This document shows positions 13,822 through 27,309 of a stretch of 64,000 nt of DNA, piece by piece. How positions within the stretch are numbered: the first letter of the stretch is position 1; the number at the start of each line of letters is the position of its first letter. The DNA is taken from positions 393,638,001 through 393,702,000 of the forward strand of contig OZ024741.1 in NCBI GenBank assembly GCA_964016885.1, written 5' to 3'. Under the pieces are notes generated by a model that did no database searches, was not told the origin of the DNA, and worked only from the letters and a program-made list of their open reading frames with translations. Position numbers and translations under genes: made by a program. The stretch is from Eledone cirrhosa. Lineage: Eukaryota.

Positions 13822-16800
13822 AGCAGAAGCACCCGGCGTTGCCCGGGTGTAAGTCGACCTTTGCTCTGTTGTTAAAATGTGTGAAAGTTACTTCCCGCGC
13901 ATCACAGGTGCAAAAACCTTCGAACCTCAAGGAAAAAAACAGAGGTTAGTAGACGCAGGTGTGTAATTGAGCATTAATAATGGATCAATTGTAGGTTCAC
14001 AGTGAATCGTTGAAATTGTTCTTTGCACGACTGCCGGAAGTCAAATTCACTTGAAATTGAATTTTCAGTTGATTTTTAAAGCAGGGTGAAAAAGTCGATT
14101 TTTTCACAGTTTTTTTTTTTTTACAATTTTCGCGCTCACATGTACAGAAGAAGAAATAAAAGGGACTTCATCTGAACCGCGGCATAATGGCGAGTCTTTT
14201 GCGAGAGTTTTCAAGAAAATAGGACGTTCCTGTAAAAGGGTTTCCCATGTGCAACTTTGCCTTGTTTTTTATGCAAAGTCGAACCCCGCTTCAGTTTTAT
14301 TGATTTTTTACATGAATGCGTGACCTCTGAAGTAGATTTGAGTAGCTAAAAACCTGTCCCGGTAAATTTGCTATAGGTGAAAAAAAGTTGATCAAAATTG
14401 TGTCTAGGGTTATTGCCCTTTGCAACAGACTCAACGTGTCTTCAAGTATGGTTTGTTAATTTATCGTGGAACTAAATTGACTTTCTTCAAATCGGACCGA
14501 GGAAACAATGTTTCCATTTGTCTTTCTAGCTGGTGTACCCGGTTACACTCGGAGTTATAAGGCGCTGGATTTAAACGGCTCTGCGCTAAATTCCATCAGG
14601 ATGCTTTAACCGAAATAAATAGAGAACAAATGTTTCTTTTTGTGCTCCAATCTGTGATATTGGTATTTTGAAAAAATAGTCCACAAACATCCATGGAGCA
14701 TATGTAACGCAGGTATCAGGTTATGAGAAAAAAGGTTTCCGATTCTACATTCATAAGATACCAAAAAATTGCACGCAAATAAACCGGGATTTTAAGGCAC
14801 TGCCCAATTCATAGCTGAAAGGTAAGAATCAAGTGGAATAATGTTTTGCGACATTGTCAAATGTACAACCTTACAAAAGCAAAGGATATAGCCATTGAAA
14901 TCTAGGTAGACCAAAGAAGGATTGTTTTCCTTGTGATTCGCGTCTAGCCTACAAAGTGAAGTTAGATGATTGCAGTCGATGTTGTATCAATAAAAAATAA
15001 AAGCATACGGAAGACTGAACACTTACGAATTAAGTGAAAATCACGTTGATATTCCTATCAGAGCAACATGTGCCGAAAAACATGGTATTGTGTTTAGCCT
15101 GCGAAAATCAGTGGTCAAATGGGGCAACAATAAGCCATGCTGATGACGTTTAAGCGGGTGGCAAGGAATTGATGCGGCATAGATAGTCATGGGAGTCTTG
15201 ACGGAGCACGGCGGTCAGGCAAAAGAAAGGGCCGAGGAGGGGATGGTGGCTGACAGTGCATGGATGCGGCATCCTGAGGCATGACGATGCAGTGGGACGA
15301 CGGCCAGCAGGCAAGGAAGAGGGCAGGGGTGGACGGTGGCAAGGATGCCGCATGGCGAGCTATGGCAGTCTTGACGGATCACTGCGGGCAGGAAAAATAA
15401 AGGGCCGAGGATGGGATGGCGGCTGACAGAGCATTGATGCGTCATGGTGATGCATGATGGTGCAGTGGGACGACGGCGTGCAGAGAACGGAGAGGGAAGT
15501 GGTTGTCGGTGGTAGGGATGCGACTTGGTTCCTCAAGACTGCCATGCCTAGGCAGTGGAAGCCGGCCCACAGGGAAGGCATGCAACATGATGAGGCATGA
15601 CGAAAGGGCAGGGTGCATGGCGTCTGACAGAGCGTGGATGCCGCATGCCAATTGAGTCGCACCTCGGGAATGTAGAGAGCACCGGGAGGCACGATGATTG
15701 TTTGAGAAAACCGGGTGAAAGGCAGGATGTTTAGCGGCCATACATAATCGGTAGGTTTTGGAAGAGTATGGGATGAATTTTTGTTTAATTTCGTTTAATA
15801 TGGTCAAAATGAATGTAAAAAGACTTACACAGGATCGTCTTCATGTTCGGTGCTGTCTTTGGTCTGAGATAACGGGCGGTTATGTGCGGCGCAGGAATAA
15901 ATCATGCTGATGACCTTTGAGCAAGTTGCTGACAGAGCAGGAATGCCGCATGGTGAGTCATAGCAGTTGTGAGGGACCAAGGCGTGCGGGCAGGGGAAAG
16001 GGCAGGGGTTGACGGTGGCAGGAATGCGGCTTGGTTAGGCATGGCAGTCTTGAAGGAGCACGGCGGGCAGGCAAAATAAAGGGCTGAGGAGGGGATGGCA
16101 GCTGACAGATCATGGATGCGGCATGGTGAGGCATAACAATGCAGTGGGTGCAAGGAAGGGAGATGGCCGGGATTGACGGTTGCAGGGATTCCGCATGTTG
16201 TTCCATGGCACTCGTGAAGGACCAAGGCATGCTGGTAAGGGAGAGGACAGAGGAGGGCATGGCGGCTGACAGAGAATGGAAGCGGCATGGTGAGGCATGA
16301 CGATGCAGTGGGACAAGGGTGTGCAGGGAAGGGAGAGGGCAGGACTTGATGGTGGCAGGGATGCGGCTTGGTTAGGCATGGCAGTCTTGAAAGAGCACGG
16401 CAGGCAGGCAAAAGAAAGGGATGAGGAGGGGATGGTGGCCGACAGGGCAGTAATCCGGCATGGTGAGGCATGACGATGTAGTGGGACGACGGCGTGCAGG
16501 GAAGGGAGAGGGCAGGGGTTGACGGTGGCAGGGAAGGAGCATGTTGAGACGTGGCAGTCCTTAGGGACCACGGAGGGCAGGCAATGGAAAGGGCCGGGGA
16601 ATGAATTGCGGCTGACAGGGCAGAGATGCGCATAGTGATGCACAACGATGCAGTGGGTCGACGGCGTGCAGGGACGGGAGAGGGCAGAGGTTGACGGATG
16701 CCTCATTATGCTACGGTAGTGGGACCACGGGAATGAAGAGAGCGCATGGAGGCTCGATGATCGCTTCAGAAGACTGGGCGCAATACAGGATGATGCGTGG

Positions 16801-17385
16801 CGGTATAGTCTTGATAGTCCTTATATAAGAAATGGAAGAATCGGCATAAAAGGTTTGCTAAATATGGTGAGCGTTAATTTAAAGAGACTTGCGGTGGATA
16901 ATCCTGATAGATTGAACGTTTTTTGCATGGCGGGTGTCGCGACAAATGAAAGCAAGAAGAATAGCGTTTTTCGGCTGCCAGATTTTTGCTTCTGGGGGTC
17001 CGATTATCAAGTACCCCACGTTGATCCCCGCATCAAAACACATACCTACGTCAAATTTCATTGGAATCGGACAAATTTCGTAAATATAGATTTTTGCCTC
17101 TGGTGATCCAATTATTGACCTTTCGAAAATTTAATGTAGCCCACGTTCATCCCCGGATCAAAATACACACTCGCGTCGAGTTTCATCGAAATCGGACGAT
17201 TTTTGAAAATATTGATTTTTGTCTTCTAGGGGCCCGATTATCGATTTTTCGAAAATTTCAAGTAGCCTATTCCAATCTACGGGTCGAGTTTTATATATGT
17301 GTCAAGTTTCATGAAAATCGGATGAACGGTGTAGCCTGCAACTTTGGGACACCAAACAAACAAACAACGCCCAACTTCACGCGCA
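13820..17385 (-). mobile_element. Non-autonomous Helitron, copy 1 (~3.6 kb)
   Basis: Minus-strand 3' end ACCCGGGCAACGCCGGGT hairpin followed by CTTG|T in (TA)n. Inverted homology to 20047-22764. Contains GC-rich degenerate repeats and ~110-bp subterminal repeats. Confidence 0.8.
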
Positions 17386-17624
17386 CGCACACACACACGT
17401 ACACGCAATCAAGGACACATACCTGCGTACGCGTACATTTTCTCATATACACAAACACGTACAGCCATATACATAGACACACACACGCACATATACACGC
17501 CTGTCCTTATCGAGAGGCACAAAGACAGACACGCTCCCAAAGACACATACACACACATATATATATATATATATCTACATATATGTGTATGTAGATATAT
17601 ATGTGTGTGTGTGTATGTATATAT

Positions 17625-17865
17625 ATATATATATGAATGTATATATAGTGTATTTCGCAATACACTGTATGCTTAATTAAAAGCATTTCGAAGACCTTAC
17701 GCTATTGTTTTAGAGTAGTGACAGTCTCACTTACTTTAAATTTTCAGCATTTAAAGTAAGTGAGACTGTCACTACTCTAAAACAATAGCGTAAGGTCTTC
17801 GAAATGCTTTTAATTAAGCATACAGTGTATTGCGAAATACACTATATATACATTCATATATATAT
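17625..17865. repeat. Perfect inverted repeat, ~117-bp arms, 7-nt spacer
   Basis: ...CTCACTTACTTTAAAT TTTCAGC ATTTAAAGTAAGTGAG...; identical N-termini in ORFs 17409(-) and 17830(+). Confidence 0.95.
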
Positions 17866-17895
17866 CGCTATTTCAGAGGCACCAATTCTAATATA

Positions 17896-18007
<112 letters not shown>

Positions 18008-18060
18008 TGTATGTATGTATGTATGTATGTATTATGTATGTATGTATGTATGTATGTATG

Positions 18061-18653
18061 TCAGGTCACCAGTTGGAGCTACTGGTAACATGTACAACCT
18101 GTCTCATGGTCGGGTCGTTGGCGACTAAACTGGCAACCCCACCAAGGTTTCTTGGTGAGGAGGGTGACTTTGGACATCCTGCAGGACTAAAAACAAAACC
18201 TGTCAAAGGGCCTCTTAAGAGTCAATGGCCATCCAAAATCACTGGGAGAGATGACCCCTTAGCCTTTGTCAAGGCAGAATTCTAAGAGAAGGAAAACTCT
18301 GATATAACACCTGCAACCCTGATGGTATCCAATGATGTTGACTTGTTCTTCTTTTTGGTAAATATCATCTTGGTTAAGAGAGTGGGACTGGCTTTGTGCA
18401 GTGCCTTTGCTCACTATAAAAGCTTCACGGCACAGGCATTGCTTTCTATCTGGAGATCTCTCTGCACTTGTCGTCACATGGTACCAAGGGCCCAGCACTA
18501 TGTGTCAATAATTGTCACAAGTGCAGTGTTTGTACCAGAGTTTTCAAGTTGCTGGCTGGACTAAAAAGTCACACTCGTTCAGCGCATCGGTAGGGGTTCT
18601 CCTACATGGATATAAAGTAGTGGCCGTACTCGAAAACGAGTTGGCAGCCACCA
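18061..18653 (+). mobile_element. Short LINE-derived (probably RTE) element between two (TATG)n tracts
   Basis: The 3' part encodes a C2H2 finger, CSVCTRVFKLLAGLKSHTRSAHR-stop. The 5' part has a hairpin CCCCACCAAG-GTTT-CTTGGTGAGG. Confidence 0.5.
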
Positions 18654-18717
18654 TGTATGTATGTATGTATGTATGTATGTATGTATGTATGTATGTATGT
18701 ATGTATGTATGTATGTA

Positions 18718-18758
<41 letters not shown>

Positions 18759-19146
18759 ATGTATATGTTACGTGAATGTGTATGGATGTATTGTATATTT
18801 ATTTTATTGTTTTTATATGTGTGTATATGTGTAAGCGTATGCGTGTATGTATATGTACATATATATATGTGTGTGTATGTGCACCTACATAGGGTAGGGA
18901 TTGTTTGTGAGTATGTTTATGTTCGTGTACATATACATATATGTAGATATATTAGTATAGGATTATCCTGGATGTAGTAATGATTAATTACTACACTGGA
19001 TAGAGTTGACGTACTGTGAGGGATTACTCAACGAGTTATGGAAGAATAGTTGAAGAAACTCAGTTCCTGATCCTTCTGTATTCCGGAGTGGAGATAAAGA
19101 ATGGATAATAACAGGTAGACATCATAAAAAGGTAATTTATTCCGTG

Positions 19147-19226
19147 TGCTTACAAATGTTTCCACGGTGGTTATACAGCCTAGTTATGCTATTATCAAAT
19201 GCTGTGACCACTGTACCCTCAGAGCA
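19147..19226 (-). ncRNA. Degenerate type I hammerhead motif
   Basis: Minus strand TGCT CTGAGGG TACAGTGGT...ACCACCGTG GAAA CATTTG TA AGCA, with one core mismatch (A9G). Confidence 0.5.
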
Positions 19227-19509
19227 GAATGGTTAAAATGTAAAATGTAAATACCCTTAAGGGAAGTTATTGGGGAAGATAGAGTAAAAAAGTAAGAGAG
19301 AAATAAGGGGAGAGGGAGAGAGGGAGAGATATATGCAGAGGTTGGAGAAATGGGAGAGAGTGGTTTGTAGAATACAGATATCTTAAACAAAATGTTGTGG
19401 TAGGGGTTTTATTATATTGGTTACTCTTAAAGCGACAACCTTAAGCGATGCGTTGATAGTTAAGGTTGGAATTATTTATTGCCACAGAGGGCAGGTTCAT
19501 AGATGTGGA

Positions 19510-19514
<5 letters not shown>

Positions 19515-19546
<32 letters not shown>

Positions 19547-19557
19547 GGAGAGAGAGA

Positions 19558-19622
<65 letters not shown>
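19515..19622 (+). repeat. (GA)n microsatellite, representative of many (TA)n, (CA)n, (GA)n, (TATG)n and (GAT)n tracts
   Basis: Directly visible. Confidence 0.95.
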
Positions 19623-19623
<1 letters not shown>

Positions 19624-19779
19624 AGACGAAAGCTATAGGATGGGTGTACATTGAGTTCATAGTTGTAGGCTACAAATTGCACTTAAGTATCCATTTATAG
19701 TGATAAGCAGAGTATTGTCTTGTAGTGTGGGGGATATAGTTAAGAAGTTGTTATTGAGAGAAAGTAGTTAGCGAGAAAG

Positions 19780-20043
19780 CAATGTTATAGTTATGGATTC
19801 GAATGTTAAGTTATTTTATTGTGAGAGAATTTAGCCTTCAGTTTGTGGTTGCAGTATAATGATTGTTCGATTCTGTCATTTAGTAATTTATTTTTGGATT
19901 TTAAGACTCTTTTACATCTTAAAATCCAAAAATAAAGGACTAAATCACAGAATCGAACGATCATTATACTGCAACCACAAAATGAAGACTAAATTCTCTC
20001 ACTATAAAATAACTTAACATTCGAACCCGTAACTATAACATTG
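19780..20043. repeat. Imperfect inverted repeat, ~125-bp arms, 10-nt spacer
   Basis: TTTTTGGATTTTAAGA CTCTTTTACA TCTTAAAATCCAAAAA; the arms differ by scattered substitutions. Confidence 0.9.
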
Positions 20044-20046
20044 GAT

Positions 20047-22763
20047 CCCAGAGGCAAAAATCTGGCAGCCGAAAAACGCCATTCTTCTTGCTTCCATTTG
20101 TCGCGACTCCCGCCATGCAAAAAACGTTCAATCTATCAGGATTATCCACCGCAAGTCTCTTTAAATTAACGCTCACCATATTCAGCAAACCTTTTATGCC
20201 GATTCTTCCATTTCTTATATAAGGACAATCAAGACTATACCGCCGCGCATCATCCTGTATTGCGCCCAGTCTTCTGAAGCGATCATCGAGCCTCCATGCG
20301 CTCTCTCCATTCCCGTGGTCCCACTACCGTACCATAATGAGGCATCCGTCAACCTCTGCCCTCTCCCTTCCCTGCACGCCGTCGACCCACTGCATCGTTG
20401 TGCATCACTATGCGCATCTCTGCCCTGTCAGCCGCAATTCATTCCCCGGCCCTTTCCATTGCCTGCCCTCCGTGGTCCCTAAGGTCTGCCACGTCTCAAC
20501 ATACCGAATCCCTGCCACCGTCCACCCCTGCCCATTTCCATTGCCTACACTCCGGGAGAGCTCAAGACTTCCATGCCTGACCAAGCCGCATCCCTACCAC
20601 TGTCCACCCTTGCCCTCTCCCTTCCCTGCACACCGTCGTCCCACTGCATCGTCATGCATCACCATGCCGCATCAATGCTCTGTCAGCTGCCATCCCCTCC
20701 TCTGCCCTTTATTTTGCCTGCCCGCAGTGATCCTTCAAGACTGCCATGGCTCACCATGCGGCATCCTTGCCACCGCCCACCTCTGCCCTCTTCCTTGCCT
20801 GCTGGCCGTCGTCCCACTGCATCGTCATGCCTCAGCATGCCGCATCCATGCACTGTCAGCCACCATCCCCTCCTCGGCCCTTTCTTTTGCCTGACCGCCG
20901 TGCTCCGTCAAGACTCCCATGACTATCTATGCCGCATCAATTCCTTGCCACCCGCTTAAACGTCATCAGTATGGCTTATTGTTGCCCCATTTGACCACTG
21001 ATTTTCGCAGGCTAAACACAATACCAACGTGCACGATAGTCCATGTAAATCTTTTTAATTACATGTTCATCATGTTAAGCAAAGGATGAATAGCAACTCT
21101 TTCATTTCCCCTGACATGCCTTTCTGTCAATTATGGCCGAGAAGCATCCTGTGTAGCATCGCGTCATCTCAAGCGATCAGCGTGCCTTCCACTGTACTCA
21201 CAATTGACTCACAACGTCGCATCTATTCCCTGTGACGCCCCTAAACATCATCAGCATGGCTTATTTTTCTGCCGCGTTTAACCGGCGCGGATTCTAGGCC
21301 ATAAAAAACAAAACCGCACGATGATGCTGCGTAAGTCTATTTAAATTAATGATCAACATGTTCAGCAAAACAATTGTACCAATTCTTCCTCTTCACCTCC
21401 AAGGCCTATCCATTACATCTTAGAGGTCGGGATTCGCAATTTCTACGATTTCAATATTGACACAAAAGACCGTCATGTTTTTCGGCACATGTTGTTCTGA
21501 TAGGAATATCAACGTGATTTTCACTTAATTCGTAAGTGTTCAGTCTTCCGTATGCTTTTATTTTTTATTGATACAACATCGACTACAATCATCTAACCTC
21601 ACTTTGTAGGCTAGACGCGAATCACAAGGAAAACAATCCTCTGATATACAACCCCACCAAATTCTTTGGTCTACCTAGATTTCAATGGCTATATCCTTTG
21701 CTTTTGTAAGGTTGTACATTTGACAATGTCGCAAAACATTATTCCACTTGATTCTTACCTTTCAGCTATGAATTGGGCAGTGCCTTAAAATCCCGGTTTA
21801 TTTGCGTGTAATTTTTTGGTATCTTATGAATGGAGAATCGGAAACCTTTTTTCTCATAACCTGATACCTGCGTTACATATGCTCCATGGATGTTTGTGGA
21901 CTATTTTTTCAAAATACCAATATCACAGATTGGAGCACAAAAAGAAACATTTGTTCTCTATTTATTTCGGTTAAAGCATCCTGATGGAATTTAGCGCAGA
22001 GCCGTTTAAATCCAGCGCCTTATAACCCCGAGTGTAACTGGGTACACCAGCTAGAAAGACAAATGGAAACATTGTTTCCTCGGTCCGATTTGAAGAAAGT
22101 CAATTTAGTTCCACGATAAATTAACAAACCATACTTGAAGACACGTTGAGTCTGTTGCAAAGGGCAATAACCCTAGACACAATTTTGATCAACTTTTTTT
22201 CACCTATAGCAAATTTACCGGGACAGGTTTTTAGCTACTCAAATCTACTTCAGAGGTCACGCATTCATGTAAAGAAAATCAATAAAACTGAAGCGGGGTT
22301 CGACTTTGCGTAAAAAACAAGGCAAAGTTGCACATGGGAAAACCTTTTACAGGAACGTCCGATTTTCTTGAAAACTCTCGCAAAAGACTCGCCATTATGC
22401 CGCGGTTCAGATGAAGTCCCTTTTATTTCTTCTTCTGCACACGTGAGCGCGAAAATTGTAAAAAAAAAAAAAAAAAATGAAAAAGTCGACTTTTTCACCC
22501 TGCTTTAAAAGTCAACTGAAAATTCAATTTCAAGTGAATTTGACTTCCGGCAGTCGTGCAAAGAACAATTTCAACGATTCACTGTGAACCTACAATTGAT
22601 CCATTATTAATGCTCAATTACACACCTGCGTCTACTAACCTCTGTTTTTTTCCTTGAGGTTCGAAGGTTTTTGCACCTGTGATGCGCGGGAAGTAACTTT
22701 CACACATTTTAACAACAGAGCAAAGGTCGACTTACACCCGGGCAACGCCGGGTACTTCTGCTA

Positions 22764-22764
<1 letters not shown>
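20047..22764 (+). mobile_element. Non-autonomous Helitron, copy 2 (5'-truncated)
   Basis: Ends ACCCGGGCAACGCCGGGTACTTCTGCTAG|T (subterminal hairpin plus CTAG). Reverse complement of 13820-17000 with large indels. Confidence 0.85.
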
Positions 22765-22819
<55 letters not shown>

Positions 22820-23329
22820 TCATCATCATCACCACCGTTAAATATCTATTTTCCATGCTTGCATGGGTTAGATGGCAGTCACGTGCTAAGACCAAACAAA
22901 TCAGCTGATTAGGTTCTGCTCATACACTTTGTTTAATTTAGTTTCTATGGCTGGATGCCAATCACTTTACAGCATGTACTGGGAGCATGGATGCCCTTCC
23001 TAACACAAACCACTTTAAAGTGTGTGCTAGCAGCATTTCATTGAGACTCCAGCACTACCACCTAACAGGACGGACTTGGTACTTTTGTACTGGCCACCAG
23101 TACTACTTAATTACAACATTAGTGTCTTGGTGGCTGCCATTTTCGTGGTGTGCCAGGTTTTCCTGGATTGGTCAAGTCTTAGTGGTGCAAAGGTTCAGTA
23201 GAGTAGGTGAATCGGTTAAAGAGTAGGTGAGGACCTGAGAGTTATTCCATCTCTCTGCTTCTATGTATGTATGTTCTTCTGGTTTATTATTTTATAAATT
23301 TTTAAAGATTCTTTCATCGGAATTTAGAC

Positions 23330-26300
23330 AATATCAACTAGATAAATATGTCTGCATGCATGTGGCTGTGCAGGTGTGGATGTTATTATATGTGTGGATC
23401 TGTATGCTTCGAGTTATATGTGTACACATGTATGTTTTGTATCTATATATGTGTATATATGCAGTTATTAGATGCAGAATGTTTGGAATGTTTTACATAT
23501 TTTTACTGTTCCATTAATGGATTGTACTTGTAATTTCCTAACGAGTCGTGTTCTTTCTGGTTCTGTGAAGTCCAGCTTTTCAAGATTTGTACTGAGGCAG
23601 TTACTAACATATCCCAGAGCCCCAATAATCACAGATATAAATCTGAAGGTATAGTGAGGGTGGAGTATCTGCAGATTTCTCATTAGTTCTACATAGATAT
23701 TCTCCTTTTCACTAATCTTTGATATTATATTGACATCTGCTGGGCCGCTAACTTCCACTACTGTGCATGCCCTCATTTCCCTGTCCCATATCATTATATG
23801 CTTGCATTTTATTGGGGTTTTGACTGGAACATTCCACTCTTCCATATTATATGTCTTCCACATTGCTATAACATTTAACCCTTTTCCATTTACACTACTT
23901 TATATATATTATTGTATTTTTGTGGTAAAGACTTTAACTTACATAATTATCTCACATAATCTATGAGATTTATCTGATGTTATCTATTTTGAGAACAATA
24001 CCTTAACATCAGTGCAAGCGGCCAGTTATGACTAGTTTGAACAGAAAGTGGTGAGAGAATTCTGGCTGTATGCAGCTGGTTTAAATGCTAAAGGGTTAAT
24101 ATGTTTATTGTCAAGGCTATCTATTCTAGGGATTAAATTGTATAGTGTTTTGGCCACAAGATCATGCTCATAGGTAGATAGTATAGTGATGACATCTTTG
24201 GACAGCTGCTTATGACGTGGATGATATCTTCGATGTTAATTCTGCAATGCCTGCATTTGTTGTCACTCTAAGTGTTTTGCCTGCATCCCTATCTCTTTTG
24301 TGTATCAGGTATTTTGTATTGATTTCTTGTTCTTGGATTGCAAAAGCATATCCTTCAAAGTGAGAGCCAATATAGCGGGTGTTGATCCAAGATAGATTAC
24401 TTTGCTTATCTATATTACTCTTACTCTGGAGCTTCCTGGCAACATATCCAAGCATGACCTTTTCCTGTTAAGCATGCAGTTTTTCATCCATGGATTCACT
24501 GCGGTATTGCTGGGCAATTTCCCTGTGAGTTTTTGATTATCATGCAGCGAATATTTCTCAAGGATTTCCTTCCTAACTCTCATGATTTTATCTGTATCAT
24601 GTAGACAGATTTGGTCAATAGATCGGCCCCTATGCTTGGAGGGTCGTAGATGTTGTCGGAGGGATATGATGTGACACTAAAATGCTGTCTGGACTGATGA
24701 GTAGAGGCGGTCTATGTCACTGTTGGTGTGGGAATTTCACGTGTTGTTTAGGATTTTTCGGGTTTTAACATTGATAGCTCGGATTTTGTCTATTGTCCAA
24801 TCGAGTATTCCAAATCTTGGTGTTAGGACAGGCACAGCAAACACATTGTGAGCCACTGTTTTATTGTGCTCAGAGTACCGATGACCATATTTCCCCCTGG
24901 TTACGCGTTCCTTATTACAAATACTATTATAGGATATATTCTCATCTAACCTTAGGTATCAGTAGCAGTCATCATCAGATATCGGGGAAACAGTTGGGCC
25001 ATTGATTAAAATGTTGCTAGATTGGGTTGTAGTTTTTCTCCGATTTACAATCATATACGAGCATTTATCTTGTCCAAACTCTGTTCCTTGTAACCAGGTC
25101 ACGGGTTTTCTTCATCCCATTTATGTTCTTGGCATATAGTTACAGGTCATCCACAAAGACGGCAAGGGTTAAGTTCGTATTTCTGTCCTCCTGTGTGTCC
25201 TTCACATTTCTTGAGCAAAAGGTCAAGTGATAGGATAAATAGTGGCACAGAAAGACTGTCTCCTTGATATTCGGTTTTATCAGTGAAAATAGAGTCCTCC
25301 TTCTCTGTTTTTAACTTTAGGATAGTAGTCCAAGAAGACGATAGGTTCTCTATGGCTCCGATAATAGTGTCTGGGACTTTAGCAAGTCGGAGGGCCTCTA
25401 ACATCCAAGAACGGGGAACAGAATCCTATGTTGTCACACCTCTGACATCATTGTTTTGTTAATTAGGAGTTGTTCAGCACACACCCAAGCATCTTTCTAC
25501 CCAGCTGCTTGCTCATCTGTGATGATGTTATTATTGTTGTAAGTGATCTTGAAGAAATAGGTTCAGGCAGGCTGTATACATTTTGTACATCAGGTTCTGG
25601 CATGCAATGGGTCGGTAGTTTTTTGGCAAGTGGGTGTCTTTGTTCTTGGGGACCAATATTGTTTGTGCTAATGTCAACCATTCTGGTATATGTGTATCTC
25701 CCTTGAGAGCTTGTTGGTAGGGGTTGATAAGATACATCCGGTAGAATGTCAGTTTTTTTCTACCAAGTCTCTTCCTAATGTTTTCTTATCTTTGAGTTTT
25801 CCCATCACAGTCTCAAGTGTATCATCATTTATCCTGTATATTGTTGTTGTAGTGTAGGAACAACAGTTCTTTTGGATTTCTTTCAGCCATACTGTATCTT
25901 GGTTGAAATTCTTCTTTTCCCTCTATATTTTCATCCAGAAGGAATCTGTCTTTCTGTGATAGAACCTCAAGGACATTTATTACTTTGCCCTTCATATCTC
26001 TATAGACTGATGCTTGGTTTCATCTGAATCTTTTATTAATTACTTTTCTTTCATCTAATCTCTTCTGGTATCAATGTTTCTCCCTGACAACTCTCAATTC
26101 TTGCGGATGATCAACATGTATTGAAGAATTCAGGTTGTACTATCTCCTAATATTGTTTCTATTCTATTTTTCACTCTTTGTTGATAGGAGAGTAGTTTTT
26201 ATTATATTTTTGCATGTGGAGAGCATAGTCACATGTCCTATAGTTTTCCGTCGGTCAGCCAACTTTTTATCTACTTTTGTAATATATGATAGCATTTTTT

Positions 26301-27270
26301 GTGATGTTTTGCTTTTAACATTTCTGTTACCAAGGTAATGCTTCACTATCATTGCCAGGTCATATAAACAGACATTGATTTGCCAAAATGTAGGGGATTC
26401 AATTCGTCGTAAATATTCACCCCTAATTTCATCAATTTCATTATATCGTTCCGCAAGAGAAATGTTTATACTTGATTTAATTTCTCTCTGGAAAGTTTTT
26501 CAGGGGGTATATTTCAGTTGTTTATACTCTTGATTTTCCCAGCTAATGATAAACTTATTATTATTGAGTGTTTTGATGTTGATCAACGAGGCTGCAAGTT
26601 TCCACAACAGTCGAGGTAGAATCAGTTGATACACATGGTGTCAAATTTCTTACTGGCAAAGTTGTTTCAAGGGACTGTTCATGTATTTCTGTTGTTTGTT
26701 GATGTTCTGCCTGGCTGCTAGAAAGTCTAGTAGAGTGGCGGCCTGTAGCACGTGTTGTTGACTGCATGTTCGATCTGGGGGACTTACAATTAATAATGTT
26801 CATGTTATTTTTACATTCAGCAAATGTCGCTTGTTGATGTAATTGTTTGGTTGTGAAGTGACTTAGCTTTGGGTGTATTTCGTCCCAGTATAGCTTCATT
26901 CTGTTCATATAGCCAACAGAAGGATCTTTGTTTTGCCATTTTATAACAATTAAATAAATCATTATTAAGTTCGTAACTCAAGGAGAAATGCAATTCATAA
27001 TTTCGGCTTCTACTGTGGCTACAACTAGAGAGATTTTGTTTACCTTTCTCGTTGTTGTTTGTCTTCGGTAATTTGTTGTTGATGTTGTATTCAACCATGC
27101 TGCTTGTAGCAAATCCTCGTAAAATAAATTAAGTATTTAGTCGGAATCCAAATAAAATGGTTTCTTCAGTGGATTTAGATAGAAGAATTTCCAGTTATTC
27201 AACACGGCTGGTAGTTGTGGCATTACTATCGGAGATAGTATAGTCTTCCACACCAATATGTGCTATTTAT
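23330..27270 (-). mobile_element. Decayed RLE-type non-LTR retrotransposon (R4/Dong-like)
   Basis: RT motifs NYRPIACQNLMYK and YQGDSLS; HFEGYAFAIQEQEINTKY; restriction-like endonuclease tail VEVSGPAD...KENIY...SVIIGALG. Many stops and frameshifts. Confidence 0.85.
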
Positions 27271-27309
27271 TGATCGCGTTGTATGTATGTATGCATGCAT
27301 GCGTGTATG

